Of a DNA stretch of 64,000 nucleotides, positions 25,385 to 40,910 are shown in pieces. The DNA comes from Tubulanus polymorphus (taxonomy: Eukaryota; Animalia; Nemertea): the NCBI RefSeq assembly GCF_964204645.1, contig NC_134027.1, positions 7,410,485-7,474,484 on the forward strand, written 5' to 3'. Numbering within the stretch: the stretch's first letter is position 1; the number at the start of each line of letters is the position of its first letter. A program made the translations under genes and the position numbers. The notes under the pieces were generated by a model, which saw only the letters and a list, made by a program, of their open reading frames with translations, did no database searches and was not told the DNA's origin.

Positions 25385-26790
25385 CTAGTACCTCCAATCT
25401 GCGTGGAATCGCTTTCTTCGACCTTGTGCTTTGCAGCCGGGCCCACGGTATTTCGAAGGACAGAAGCAGACGCAGAGAAGTCCACGAGCCATGTTTTTAA
25501 CTCTGGGTCCCAGTCCTCCATTCTGACATCTGATGTTTGAATCAAACGGTGAACATCTATAAACAACAGGGACTAAACCAGTCCGTTTATCCAAGTGACC
25601 ACTCAGCACGTCATCTACGTTTACAGCTTCGTCATCCAAAGATTGCCCTGAAAAAACCGGATAAAACACATTGGATGAATCTGAACCACAAATCTGAAAC
25701 AAATCTGAACCACAGTTAACACATTGGATGAATATCTGAACCACAGTTTAACATTAACCTAAATATCGGCCATCCTGAATCTACGTGGCCACGGGATACA
25801 TGACTTGCCATGCATGACGCCACCGTCGTTTTGTTCACATTTTCACATCAAATAGCATTCATAGCTGCGATTCAATTTTTCGATGGCCGCATCAAACGTT
25901 TATTTGGTCTTTTTCATCTTGAAACAGGGTAATGACCCTGTTATTTATTTGACTGGTAGATTTCGTTTGATTTATTTTGATTCGGTGTTCCTTACATACC
26001 AATCACTCTGCTGGGAGCAAACCAGGGGTTGTGTCTTAATCGATTAGTAAATTAATGCCGTCGACCAGTTACACAAAGACTTAAACAACTCGATCTATAT
26101 AAAAAGTCAATCTGAATTTATCTAGTACACAACGTTCAGTGCATTCTTAACGTTCATTAATTCGAGGGAACCACGCAATAGAATAATTAATATACTTTAT
26201 ACACGAATAGTTTTACTTGTAGCCGATTAAATATTAAAACTAATGAGTGCCCATAACGAACACTCCTTTTCGTTACAGTTGTTTTCTATCAACTAATGAT
26301 TACAGATTTCACTTGCAATACACGAGCTAATTCAGTTCATGCAAATTGAAATAATTGATACTATTTAATCGGACATTCGCCTGATATCGCGTCGCTTCTT
26401 TATAAGAAGCAGGCGTGGACGTACGGGGCATTTCCCCTCATTTTTGCAGATCAAACTACTTTTTGTGAAATACATTGTGAAAATACTCCCAGAATGTGCA
26501 GAAATGCACCTACATTCTCAAAATATTCCGAGGCTTTATAGAAATTGCACCCCTTCCAAAACGCTAGATCGACCTCTTTTATCAATTGACCTTTGAAGGA
26601 GTTTCAGAGAGATCAAGTGTCTTTTGATATTTCATGTAATATGTAGCTGCTTTTCGATTACTAATGTATACTTGCTTGAAATATCATCTTCCGAAGACAA
26701 GTCGTCGTCGAGTTTGGCCGGAAAAACTTGTTTGACTGAGACCACTACACAGAAGACAAAAATAGTCAGCCACCAGTACAGCCTGTCCAT
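25385..26790 (-). CDS. Secreted prepropeptide (~125 aa) with one atypical EGF-like domain; exons 26790-26676 and 25647-25385 (GC-AG intron)
   Basis: Signal peptide MDRLYWWLTIFVFCVVVSVKQVFPA, acidic propeptide, DKR cleavage, six-Cys module with CQNGG and CFCPSKYRGPGC, then G-RRKR; acceptors precede both exons. Confidence 0.75.
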
Positions 26791-29700
26791 TTCTAAAAAA
26801 ACATAAAAACTCAATGTTTACGTAAATCGAAATTGTTTATGAATCGTGGGGGTACATGAATTTGTTTTCAGATCCACTTTTGTACTTTAGACTGGATCAA
26901 ACAACCCCGTTTCTGTGACATTTTGGTATTTTCATTATTTCTAATAAATGTCAAGCAGCTGGGGTGCTTGGCCTTTTTCGCATGAACACGTATAGTTTCG
27001 CCTTACTTTCCGTTGCAAAAACCCGTTTCAGTCTCTACTTTTCCACAAAATATGGCTCTAATTTCATAATGTTTTCACATCGATTTTCCGTGATTTGTTC
27101 GAGTACACTGTCAAGAAGTATCCTCGATTTACGTGATGAGTAATATTTTGTTATCTGCAGGACCAGTGGAACATGTTTCGAGGCGGTTTCTCTATATGAA
27201 GTTATCGTTATCTCTCTCCGAATTCCGCGTGGATTCAGAAACGACAATGTAACGTTTCCCAAATTACATGGTAATGAAAACCCAAGTGTCGCCCTTGAAT
27301 ACATGTTCAAAATATCAAGTGCTTTCTAACGGTAAATTAAGAAACGAAATCTCCGTAGAATTGATAAATAGATTTCAGTTTTTGTATCAGTCACACAGGT
27401 AGCTGCACTAAATACGCTAAATAGAATTATCATTTTCCCGTCGCGTCACACCCGCAGATCAGGTGTTTTAAATTCTATTTTGAGTTTCCCGCGAGAGAAA
27501 CCGTTTCCTTCAGACGCAAAACCTGTGAATGAATTGGCCGGACGAAATTCATCTCTGGGGATGGAGGTGTTGGACTCCTAAGTTTTTTCTACCGACTAAT
27601 CTATCGCTAATTATATTTTGTGCAAAAATGTAAATGGTGATGGGTGATTTCCAGTTTCGGATAGGCCGGGTACGTTTTTTGAATGATGATTTAAAGTTGT
27701 AGCAGCGTTCAACAAATCGAATATGCCAATAGTAATTCATCTCAATGTTTAGGTAACGTAGGTCCATTGAGAAAACTCTAGCGCGGAATGCATATTCTAT
27801 TAGGTTGGGTTTAACAAGATTTTGTGAGTAAGAGCGTCTCAGCACTTACATTCAGTAGCAAATTAACACGCTTAACTTTCCACTTTTTGCACATGATAAG
27901 AATTTCTGCGAAAAAAATAATGTGAATATTATCATATAGACTTTACTGATATTGTCCTCTGTGACAAGCAGTTCTAAACTAATAAATAATGTACGAAACT
28001 TTGATATAGCGCGTCGAATATATATACGTATTGTATGCATTTGCACATCTAATTCAGTTAATTCATTTTAACGTATGACTCAAACAGACAATTCAATGGG
28101 GAGATGTAAGCGTTAAACTCGTCTTCAGCAGCCAATCCCTGAATGACTTCATTTGTGGCAGGCGCAAGAACAGACTAGAAATCGTCCCCCGACGAAAAGC
28201 GCATCTAGTTTCTTCCATGGACGTAGCACTAACTCACTGCTCTAATAAATACTTAATATAGCTAAGCATATATAAATATGAACGAAATCCGATGTAGAAA
28301 AAAGCTGATATGGTGTAATAGTCTCACGGAGACTATCAGAAGTCATCTGCAATTATTAGAACTGACATATTATCAGAAATTAGTGTCAAATTGTCAAGCG
28401 ACGGCGCTGACATCTGAATACCACCCTTCTATGTGCGTTTATATGAATCTTGAAAAATCATCATCGAAATCCAACAACTCAGAGAAAAGTAACCTTATAC
28501 CAGAAAACAGATAAATGAGAAAAGTCAGTTTTCTCTAGTTTGTTGCCGGATGAAAAATTTCACGTACTGCTGTAAAATTGAAATTATTGTAGATTTTTTA
28601 TTCAAATTTCTGCCTGTCACCATCAGCGATGATCACCAAAATCATTTAAATGTTAGGAATTTTGAATGTTGTTGATGTCAATATCTTTGAAATAAGTGTT
28701 TTATCACTCAACCCGTGTCCCACATATAAAGTCAATTGATATGGCTTGTTATGATTTCCCCCGAGAAATCAACATTGCTTCCAACCTCTGCATAATCTAT
28801 CCCCTCTTTGTGTTAACCGGTACGTGGAATTGTTGGCTTCAAAGAAAATGATGAGATTCGACAAGAATAGATATTCATAATCGGTCGAGTAAATGGGTTT
28901 TAGGGTATATTTTGAATCCGTCGCGGGGCGATGACGGATTCAAATATGCCACTGGGGTTGGAATAAAATCCTTTGACTCAAAAATGTTAAATATTTCATA
29001 CACTGATCAAACCAACTTACAAAATCAATCAAATAATTTTTCTGAAATAAGTCTTGATTTTGATTACCATGTAATCGCATAGGATTTTCCTTTCTCGATT
29101 TGAATTGTAATCGTTGTTAAGAATGAAACCTTTGTAAAAAAAGACTTTCAAACATTTTTCAAATGTTTAAAATGTAGTTCATGGCATCGTCGTGCGACTA
29201 GGAGGAAGAAATACCTGGTATAGGAGAGCAGTCCTGTGATGCGTTGTTCTTCAAAACGTATTCTCCCGGCGATGAAAGAGAGACCGAAAAAAAGAAAAGA
29301 CCAACTCAGACATTTAACGAATCAATGACTTTATTTTCTAAGTAAGATATAGTGTTACAGGATGATGTTACTTTCGAAAAGAGCGTCTTGCTCGTGCCTT
29401 CACCTTGTTGTGCTTGCCATCTCCGACGGGTGACGATTCATTCTGAGATTATAAATCGAGTGCAATCGCGTTATGTAACATGAGTTTTTCTTCTTGCGAA
29501 TCGAATTTCCATCGATGCCCGACACGCATCAGAGCGTGTCACGCATTTCACGTTTGTTGATAAATTTCATTTGTCGGTATCCATCTAGCGGAGTAAAGTC
29601 TTTACTCGTGTCTGGTTAATATTTTACTCGTGTCTGGTTAATAGAATGTCAAATATTTGACGACATCTCCGTACAGCACGAGAAACCAACACGAACCACG

Positions 29701-32700
29701 CCAAGTTGACTTTGACATTTATCATTTATTTCACGTTATGCTCATTTCGTAAATTTCTGCTTGTTTTCTGGTGCCGTTAGCTTCTCTTACAAAATTGTCA
29801 AAGCTTTTTATCGCGAGTCTCGAGGCTGCGTAGATGGGAAATCGAAGCTACTTAGTTGATCTTTAATCGCGAAAAGTTAAAATTAATATCGATAACTTAG
29901 AATAGAAAACAATAACGTCATTAGATTCCGAAAAAAAACTTTTTCGACTGAGGTAACCGCAAGCGTGAGATATTCAATGATCATTACAGTAATTTTCGCT
30001 TTATGCAAGATGACTGTTTATTTTCGGTTAGGCGAACATTATTGGAAATATTCTACATGTAAATTTATAATAAACCCCGATGAAAAGATGTGAGTTAACT
30101 CGACCAGTTCGTCTAATGAATATCGCGAAGTAGAGTGTGGACAAGTTTCACTTCAACAACTCTCTAAACTCAGTTCACTTTTGACGAGAATTTTTAGTTC
30201 ATTTTCCCACTCAAATAATCCGTCATATTCCACGATATGCAGATGAAAATATGTTTTAAATGAAATTTTAATTGAATTGAACAAACAATTAAACGGCGTT
30301 GGATAAGTTGTTTTAACCATTAGCTGAGTTTCATGTCCGTCTTTCAATTTGCTGTGTAATAATGATATTAATAGTCTATTTTTTTGTGTCAGATAATATT
30401 CTCTTGTGACACATTAACAATGTGCGTAACGGGTTGATAAATGCTCTGGGCTTTTAGAATAATTTTTCGAGAGATCTACGTATCTATAATTAAACCCAGT
30501 ATAAATATCAATATGAATATCAGTATAAATTGATACGGCCGCATATACAAAATGTATCGTTTTCGAATATTAAGAAATACTGATATTGGGTCCGTTAATA
30601 ACGTCGCTCGCAGGCTATTCACTCAGTTTTTTTTATATAATGGAGGTGATCACTGCTTGGACAAATAATCGGCAATTAGTCATGCGATCTTAGCAGACGA
30701 TGAATGAAGTGTTGCATATCGCATTTGAAACAGATGAGCACCGCTAATCCTGATTTAGAATGCAACTCTTCGAAAATATTCATTTATCCAAACGCCTGAA
30801 TAACCATATCGAATTATCCAGATTATGGATTATTCTATTTGCAAACTGTCGATAGGTTTTTGTATCAATTTTCGAACAGTTACGTACGTGCATTTTTGTT
30901 CGACATCGAATCTGACCGCGCAATATTGACACCTATAATGTACACTTTTTCATATATGCGTCAAACACTCGTGCGATGTGATTTAGAAAGAAAATCATAG
31001 GAAAAATATCAGAAAGCTTATTTGAAGAAATATTGAAAAAAATCAAAGCTGATTATGTTAGATGAGGCATGCGATACGATATTTTAATCCAGGGAGAAAA
31101 ATGAGTGAAATAATCAATTATCATCATGGATTTATGATGTTATTTTAGATAGCATTTACAGTCAAATTGCGAACAAAAACAACTGAAATAATAGACACAG
31201 ATAAAGCTATTGAACTGTCATACGGGGATTAATCTATGAAAGCACGATTGGGAATAAGACTGATATTGTTCTGCAAACGATAGCTGGGCACGTCAATCCA
31301 AAAAGAACATAAACATTTTTAGTAGAATTAGAATAAGGCCGAAATGAGAGACATTTTCGGCTTGAAAGTCTATTCATAGCTATGGAATTTACAGATTGAA
31401 ATTTTTCATGGATAAAGATATCGCTGATGATTTCCAGCGTGGTCGGTGACAAGCATCTTCTACACAAATCTTCTTCTCAACCTACGTGCATCGTTTGAAG
31501 TGATTTTTCAAGTACAAATTGCGTCGTTGATCCTATCGCGTGAAACCGGCTAATCGCGACGCTCCTACATACAAAATTCTCGACTTTCATATGCACCGTC
31601 AAGGACGGATCGTCTGCAACAAACATTCCATATTTTTTTCATTTTTACTTCTAAGCGGCGAATTATCAACACCGAAACTGAACCCAGCGAAATAATTTGC
31701 TAGAACTCGCTGGATGGCCACGAAGCCTCCCGCATCTGAAAGCGGAGACGTTTCAATGAATTTGAATAAAAATGTCAAAAATATATGTTTTCGTACATAA
31801 AACTGGAACTAACTAAACTGGACTCAAAATTTTTCCTATCCATATGCAGTACTTGTGTTTTATACAAGATGGGGTCTTTCCTACTTTTCAACGGTGAATT
31901 TAGTCACGTCGAAGCATCGACTAATGTAACATGTAACAAGTCGTTTCAATTCAATATAACCTCTACCTCAAAGAGGCTTAGTTTTTCATAATTAATAAGC
32001 TAACACTTAATAGAATTGTTTCTGTGGTCTTTAGAGCAGACGTAATCTTCGCGGGTAGGCGATACTTCACAGTCTAGCCGCGGGAAACTAACCACTCTAT
32101 CATTTACTTATTAATACGTAGAAGAATATGCATTCAAAATTATTCACTCGGGATGGAATAAAATTTAAGTGTATACATCGGAATCATTCCGTCCGCATAT
32201 TTAGTCTGCCTTTTGAAAATAAGTATAGAACGGAATGGGTATAGTATAACATGGTAATAGTACAGTAAACGCGTAAATCGGATACGTATATACGCATATA
32301 TCGGTAAATTACTATGTCCACAAGTCTCGGATCATTTGGGTATAATATAGTACAAAATGTACGACTTAGTCGGACCCAGATAGGTTATAGTATGCATTTC
32401 CGTACGTCTAATTCGGATCAAAAATTGCAAGATCCGTCTTAACTGAATACGTGCCAACGCATAGACGGCACAGTTCGTAAAACATAAAACGAACAAGTTA
32501 CTTCATTCTGACTTGATTCATTGTCAAGTTATTACCGAGCGATTAGCTGGGTAATACCAGGGTCTCTAAAAAATGAAGTCAGGGGTAAAGTACTGTACGT
32601 ATAGTAATGTACAGACGGAACATACAAATTCATAAATAAAGAACAAAAAAGGTGTCGATCATGATCCTCTTTGACCTTCCGATGCAGATGAGTTGGCTGT

Positions 32701-33623
32701 ATTAGTACACGTGGGTTTGACATGCCGCTGTCGTTTACACTGAAGCTGACTTGCCATTTTAGCCAGCAGATTCGCGCGCGACGCTCACACGAATCGTTTT
32801 TGTCACACTATATGTAAATTTTTTTTTCAATTCTAAGAGAAATTGTTCTATTTTATTCCTAAAAAATGAATACGTGTGCGTCAGTCGGACCAAATATGAC
32901 GTGATCCCACTTATGCATACTCTACTGACAGTTACAAACTAGAATGATAGAAATATACAATTTAAACAGAATGCTAGATGGCTATCAGAATAGAGTATAA
33001 CGATTCGAAAAAGTAGTTCGTATGAAAATACAAAACGATAGATTAGAATTCTGTGACCCTGAGAAGGAACTTTCTACGTTTGAAGAATTTTATAAAAACG
33101 AATTCTTGAATAAGAATCTTAACATATCTACTCAAATCCCTTCTAATGCGATGCGATAAAGGTAACATGAAATTCTCAATTGCCATTTCCCACGATGAAA
33201 TCCGTGACTTTTATATACTTACATATATAGGACATTTTCAAAAACTCGGGTATCCGGTTTTTTTTCTATTACGTGATTAAAATGTTAGTGTTCGTAACGG
33301 GAAATCTTAGTCGCTTGGGCAGATTTCAGATATTCCTATTTGCAATTTTTCGTCGATAAGCTGTTTAAGGTTATAATAATCAGGCAGTAGAATCTGTTTG
33401 ACCGTGCAGACGATGTTACTGCGATGCTATCATCAGCGAGGCTGAAGTTAAACACGGCGGTGGTACACGCGCGCCAATTACTTGATTACTTTCATTGAAC
33501 TATGAATTAAATATCATCATACCCGCCCAAGTGTCTTGTTCATTGTATCTCAATAGAATTGCTATTGTTAATCATTAAAATACATACAAAAAGAATATGA
33601 TGAGTATCATTATATCAGTATTG

Positions 33624-33661
33624 GTCCGTGCCGAGCTTTTTTGAGGGGCAGTTCTGTTTCA
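33624..33661 (+). repeat. Fragment of a dispersed repeat family, inverted homolog at 50048-50086
   Basis: GTCCGTGCCGAGCTTTTTTGAGGGGCAGTTCTGTTTCA is near-identical to the reverse complement of TGAAAAAGAACTGCCCCTCAAAAAAGCTCGGCATGGGAC. Confidence 0.7.
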
Positions 33662-35353
33662 AGATACTAATAGATATGATTATTTTCGATAACCTAAACT
33701 TAAACAACGTCTAATTTATGATTTTATGACGTTAAATTTAAAATGTTCATCTCTAATATTCAACAATAACATATTTACATAACTAACAAAAATTTAAACA
33801 ACTAATAAAACTGTTAAAATTGTATCAAAATTTCGAAAAATCACGACCTTTTGAAGTGCACTTTGAAAATTCTAGAAAATTTCAATAAAGTCCGTAATGT
33901 TTCCTTAAGCTAGCCGTTTATTCAAATTGTTTCGACTTTATCGTCACAGTCATCTGCAAGAATACTGAATTCCAGTGCTGGATTTTCTATAATATCGTTA
34001 TAACACGGACAGAGTGTTTCATCAATGATTATTGTTAATAGATATCGAAGTACGTAGGCTATACTACGTAGGTTAATTTAGCATGGAACACAAATTTTCT
34101 CTCCACACTGCGGATAACGTTAATGAAACAGAACTGAATCCAGCACTCGAACAAGAATGCCTAGTTTTGATTTTAATTGACAGCCAACAACCTTGGCGAT
34201 GGAGCCTTGGTGATGGAAGACCCCTGAAATATTTAAATGGGGAGATATTTCCAATCAAACAATTTTCTTGTAGCTTTTCCTTTTGCTAACAGCTGAAATT
34301 CAGAATTGTTTGCTCAGATTGAAGTAATTTACGTATTTCGTTATGTAACGATATTTTTTTCTTATTTTCTATTCGTCGTTTGTCAAAAATCCAACCCGAC
34401 GCGTGTCAGCAAAGATTTATAGCCACGGTATCATTATGTATGATTATCTTTGTTTTTCAATGCTTCGACTTTCTCGGTCTACCCTATCGACTATCCCTTG
34501 TATTTTTGGCACTAAGTATTATGTCATGTGGTATATCTAACTTCGTATAGTCCCCGTGGCGGGAAACGTCGGGATACACGATCGCTGTCATAAATAGTCT
34601 TTCATCCACAGCCTCGGAGATTTAGTTGACATTTCAATGAGACCACGAATTATAACAGATTCTCCATGGTTTACGAGAGGGCATGTATATTACAGAAAGC
34701 ACCACAATTCATTAGAGTTACTGACTAAAGTGACGCGTTTTCAGAGCAGTATCGGTTCCCGAAGGAAATTCATGCCCGGTTTGTCGAGCAAAACCATTTC
34801 ACGGGGAACACCTGGAAATGGAAAGGAATCGACTGTGTGTTTTGAATGAGACCTACGATTTATCAATAGCTGTTGATCAGTTTGACTAGGTCCACCACGT
34901 CCAGGTAGGATGTCAAGCATACATATTCGTATATGGTTCAAATAGAGGTGAACAATCGTCGATGACGAGAAATACAAGTATCCCAAAGGGCGATAAACCT
35001 GATCCGAATGACTCCGAAGATTCAATTTGAAACCTCTTTCACGATGCCCGACATACCACAAATTTGGTGGATCGATTAATACGTTGATGTAGCCATTTCC
35101 AATTTCCAATTCCCTGCCCAAGGCCCTGTGTGAAACAAAAGCACGATCGTTCGCTTGGCTACCGAAGCGAACAACGTAGCCATTGATTCTTCTGTGGAAA
35201 GCTCAAGGCTATGTACCTAAAACAATGTTCAGTTCAAAGTAAAATGAAAGGAGAACACAGATCTCTTAGTTAATTAATAGATTCAGACGTATTTGTTCTG
35301 TACTAATATATATTTGTATACTTTTGATTACGTATTCCTTTTTAATTTCTAAT

Positions 35354-35678
<325 letters not shown>

Positions 35679-38600
35679 TTTTGACGGTACTTATATCCAC
35701 ACATACTCACAGATATATTGATTTCATCAACAGACTCAACATCGGTGGCTTTGGTCGTAGATTTACAACTATATAAAGAGAAGTAATCTGAAAAATGATA
35801 TTTCAATAACCCCGAGTCGAATATTCGTTAAGACTTTTCATTTAGTATCAATTAATCTTTTTTTGTAGCAAACGGCGAATTTACTTTAAAAGTTTTATCT
35901 GTATCTAATTACGAATCAATCCTTCGTCATAATCTGCTAGACAATTGATGACTGACAATAAAAACTGTATTGAAAATTCTGAAATAAGCAAATAATTATT
36001 CGTTATCGGCAATTTCCAGCGCTCAAACCATTACACGTTTTCATTTTGCTTAATTTTTGCCTAAAGGTCGTTTTCCTAAAATATTCTCCGAAAGACCAAT
36101 CGATGGTGGTGGAGCGGGCATGTTTGTGATGATTGATATTTTAGATGAATTTCTATTGATCGTTTCTCTAAGGCATTGTCTTTGTTAAAATAGGAAATCG
36201 TAATATTTCATCTAAACCTCACTAGTTTTTTCATGCTCAGTTTGAATCACGTTAATTCGTGCAACACTCCGATCCATAGGCGATGCTAACCATTCTTCGT
36301 CGTTTAAATTGCTCGTCGCCGTTTAATTGGATATCAATAAATGAACTACTAAAAATGGCATATCATTTACATGCGTCACATGGTATCTTAATGATCCATT
36401 CCCACCTAATATTCTTATCAAATATCATTAGAACCACTTTCCTTCGACTACCACTATGTGTCACTACCCTGATAAGTGATATTGTAAGCCCATTCAAATC
36501 TTAATACTTGTGTCCCTGTTTTACCTCCTTTCCGGCGAAAGACGAACATATTTCAGAATTTCAAGAATCCTCATTCATCGTTTGTTATTTAATCCGTGAT
36601 AACAAGGGGATCGTGTTTCCCTAATAGGGATTGTCGGTGGGTGGAAATTTTACACTTAGTTGGCTTTTAACTTGAATTTCACGAAATCCTAGACGAATTG
36701 AAGCAAGACTAATTCGTGTTCACCAAAAACAAATGTGTCTGTGTATTGAACGAATGATTTCTTGCAGCAAACTTCGTGGAATTGCGAAACCCATTTCTCG
36801 TGATCAAGATTCACTGACATTTTTGCTAAAGGTTGAATTTGGGTGCTACGTATGTCTCATATTTTACCAAATTTTAAAAGTGCGAGATGTTTTTGCTTGG
36901 AAATATCAAATGGAGTGTCTCTATATTTCGAAACTTTTTCGATGACGAAAATGCACTTATAGTTGAAGTGATGTCACCATGGAAACGGACTACTGGGAAT
37001 TTGAACTAATTCGTGCAAATTTACCGCATTTCATTTACAATAAATGCAAATTGACAAGGTAATACGGTGTCATAACGTTTAAAACCGTAGCGATATTTAG
37101 AAAAAAATTCACAATGCCGCAGCATAATGATTTTCCCTAGAATCGCGACGAGGATCGATCCGTTCTACTGAAACTCGTGTAATTAGTCAATTACGGACAA
37201 TGCACATATACATATCTTGCAACAAAACCTTTTAACGATTTTCATGTTCTGAAACGGAAACAAAAGTGAATTCTCAAAATCATCATTATTTGTTGATTGC
37301 AGTGAACAGAATTATAAAGATATACACATTAGAGCTCATTTGTGGCCAATTTTGAAGCCGCAAAAATCGCTACAATATAATATCTATATACTGATTTTGA
37401 TACCTAGTATGCGTTTTTAGGGGTTCTGTGCGAGCCGATGTGCACTACGTTACACCACTGCGTTTCTTTTCTAATCAAATATGTCTCATAACTCTTATTT
37501 TGTATTTGATGAATATCTACAATTATTTTGAGAGGATGTGCATTGAATATATCGAGGCTGGACTGGTAACCGGTTGATTCAATTCAATTATCGATATCGA
37601 TATCCAAATGAAAAAAAACCTTTATTGATCCTCAATAATTTAGTACTTATTATTTATTGCTGACACATTGTATTGGACAATATATGTGTTATTTTTCAAG
37701 GCGCCAAGTTAGTTTTCTTGTTAAAACGTGTCCCTTCTTACCAATATGAATATTCACTGTACTAGAAAAAATTTGAAAGATTTTATCTCAGTTGAATTAT
37801 AATGATAAATTTGATCTGATTTGGTGTTAATCCAAAGGAACATTCCATTATTAAAACGCACGCATTACATATTAAAGATGTATGAAAATTCTACTTCACG
37901 TTCATCAATAAAACTACATTTCAAATTGTTTTATTCTTGGCTAAGAATGAATGGTTTTTTAAGTTCGAGAAATTTTTTCCACGCTGCACGTTACTTTGGA
38001 ATGTTACTGTAACCATGGACCTTCATGCTGTAACGAAGGTTTTCGCAAAATAGAGTTGACAATGTAGCCTCTTACAGAACAAACCCTGATTGCAATGCGG
38101 CTGAAACACAATCAATGATAAGAGATTCTCAAAAGAAACGTAGAAGCTGTACATAGAGCAATTACAGCATCAGGTAACGACACTAGCCTTTCACCGTGCA
38201 CGAATTGAGAAGTTCGTGTAAATAGAGGAAGCCTTCCCCAACGATAATTCACATTGCAGAATTTCAATACAAGATATCCTATCATATAATTATGCGATGC
38301 GCTTCATTGAAATCGGTTTCTCTGTCATGTCATGTCTCAGACGCGTCTGATCTATATATGCATGGGGGAAGTATAATTAATGACTTTTGAATAAATGTGA
38401 TGTGCATCTGCTATTGGCTAGCTGTATATCAATATTTGGGCATGGAGTTCAATTCACAAGGTATCGAATATCAATTGCGCTTCTAGCAACTGGAATAGTG
38501 ATCATATCATGTCCGATCGGCTAAAAAGGTGTTCGGAACAACTAATCAAATCTTCTCAATACAGAAACGTGGGAGGCTGAATGTAAGTTCCGGTTAAACC

Positions 38601-39915
38601 ATTCGTGTTATCATCAGCCATCAATATATAATTACTGAAGTAACTTAACTTGCTTCATATGTATATAGCAAAATTTGCCACTCTAATAATCAATTCATAA
38701 TTAAGCTATATTAATGCCAGGTCCATATCTTCTGTACACTGACATATTATCCGAATATGTAGTATAATAATTTGTGGTAAATGTTAACGTAACGCCAGAC
38801 GTGGCTGTACCGTCCTTATATAAACTTCCGTCGCTAATGTCTCTCGCGGTATAATAAACAGGAGATTTCTATTTCAAACATCATTCGGATCAATGGGTAC
38901 CTATACTACCGGTTACTTAGCGATGGAATTTGGTTGATGAAATATGTCGTTATGGGGAAAGAATAGATATATGAACCATTGGAATGGTTTCTAATTCAAT
39001 TAATCTCTTAACACCGGGGTTTGCATAAATTCAAGATTTCAATGTCGCGTTATCACGTTTACATCTAAAGAAATGGCTTTTTGAAAAACATAGTATTGTT
39101 TTTGAATTTTGGTTTTATCGTCAGAACGAAATCTCTTGAGAAGATCATGATTCTCTTATCTAATCTGGTTTGCGGGTGATTTTATTCGTCTATGATGCGT
39201 TAATATGATTGCAAACATCCTCCGAGTGGAAACACTTCGTACGTAAGATCTTCAAAACATTCATTGAAAATTTAAGAATACCGTCAAATCTATCTATATT
39301 CTGATTGTAACATCCTTTGGTACCATACCATCTAACATCATCTAACGAATTCGTTTAATTCGAGATTGAGATTCAGATTTATGAAAATTTTCGCTATAGC
39401 TGTTGGAAACGACGCAACGCAACAGTATTGCTTCATCGATCCCATTTAAGTCTTTAACTTAATTTTACGGCACGAATTTGATTGAGTGGCTAGAAACCAC
39501 ACGTTAATTGATTCGCAGACGATTGTTGCCGTCTTTAATGCTATTTCCTTAACTGCTCAAAGACTGTCGACAAGTAGGAATGATGTGCGTACATAATCCG
39601 CATATACGGTAGATTACCCTAGCTGGTTTTTAATTAAACGCTTAATACGCGGTAATTGTTTGTCTAATTCAATTGTTTTATCCCCTTCGAGCAGAGAACC
39701 CACCTCGAAGTTAATGATCGACAAGGATCATCTAGAATGAAATCAATAAATTCACAAAATATATTTTCAATAGGTCATAAAGGTTATCAAGCTATCAACA
39801 CAATATTTCGTTTTAGCCATCGACAAATCATTCATGTAATAATCTCAATCTATTTGCGTGTATTTGCACGTGTATCTTTCTCAACGTGCAATTGGCATGA
39901 ATGTCATGCAAGGTA

Positions 39916-40910
<995 letters not shown>

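Noticed and set aside
29601-29643. 22-bp tandem duplication TTTACTCGTGTCTGGTTAATA
   Set aside because: Ordinary slippage duplication with no evident function.
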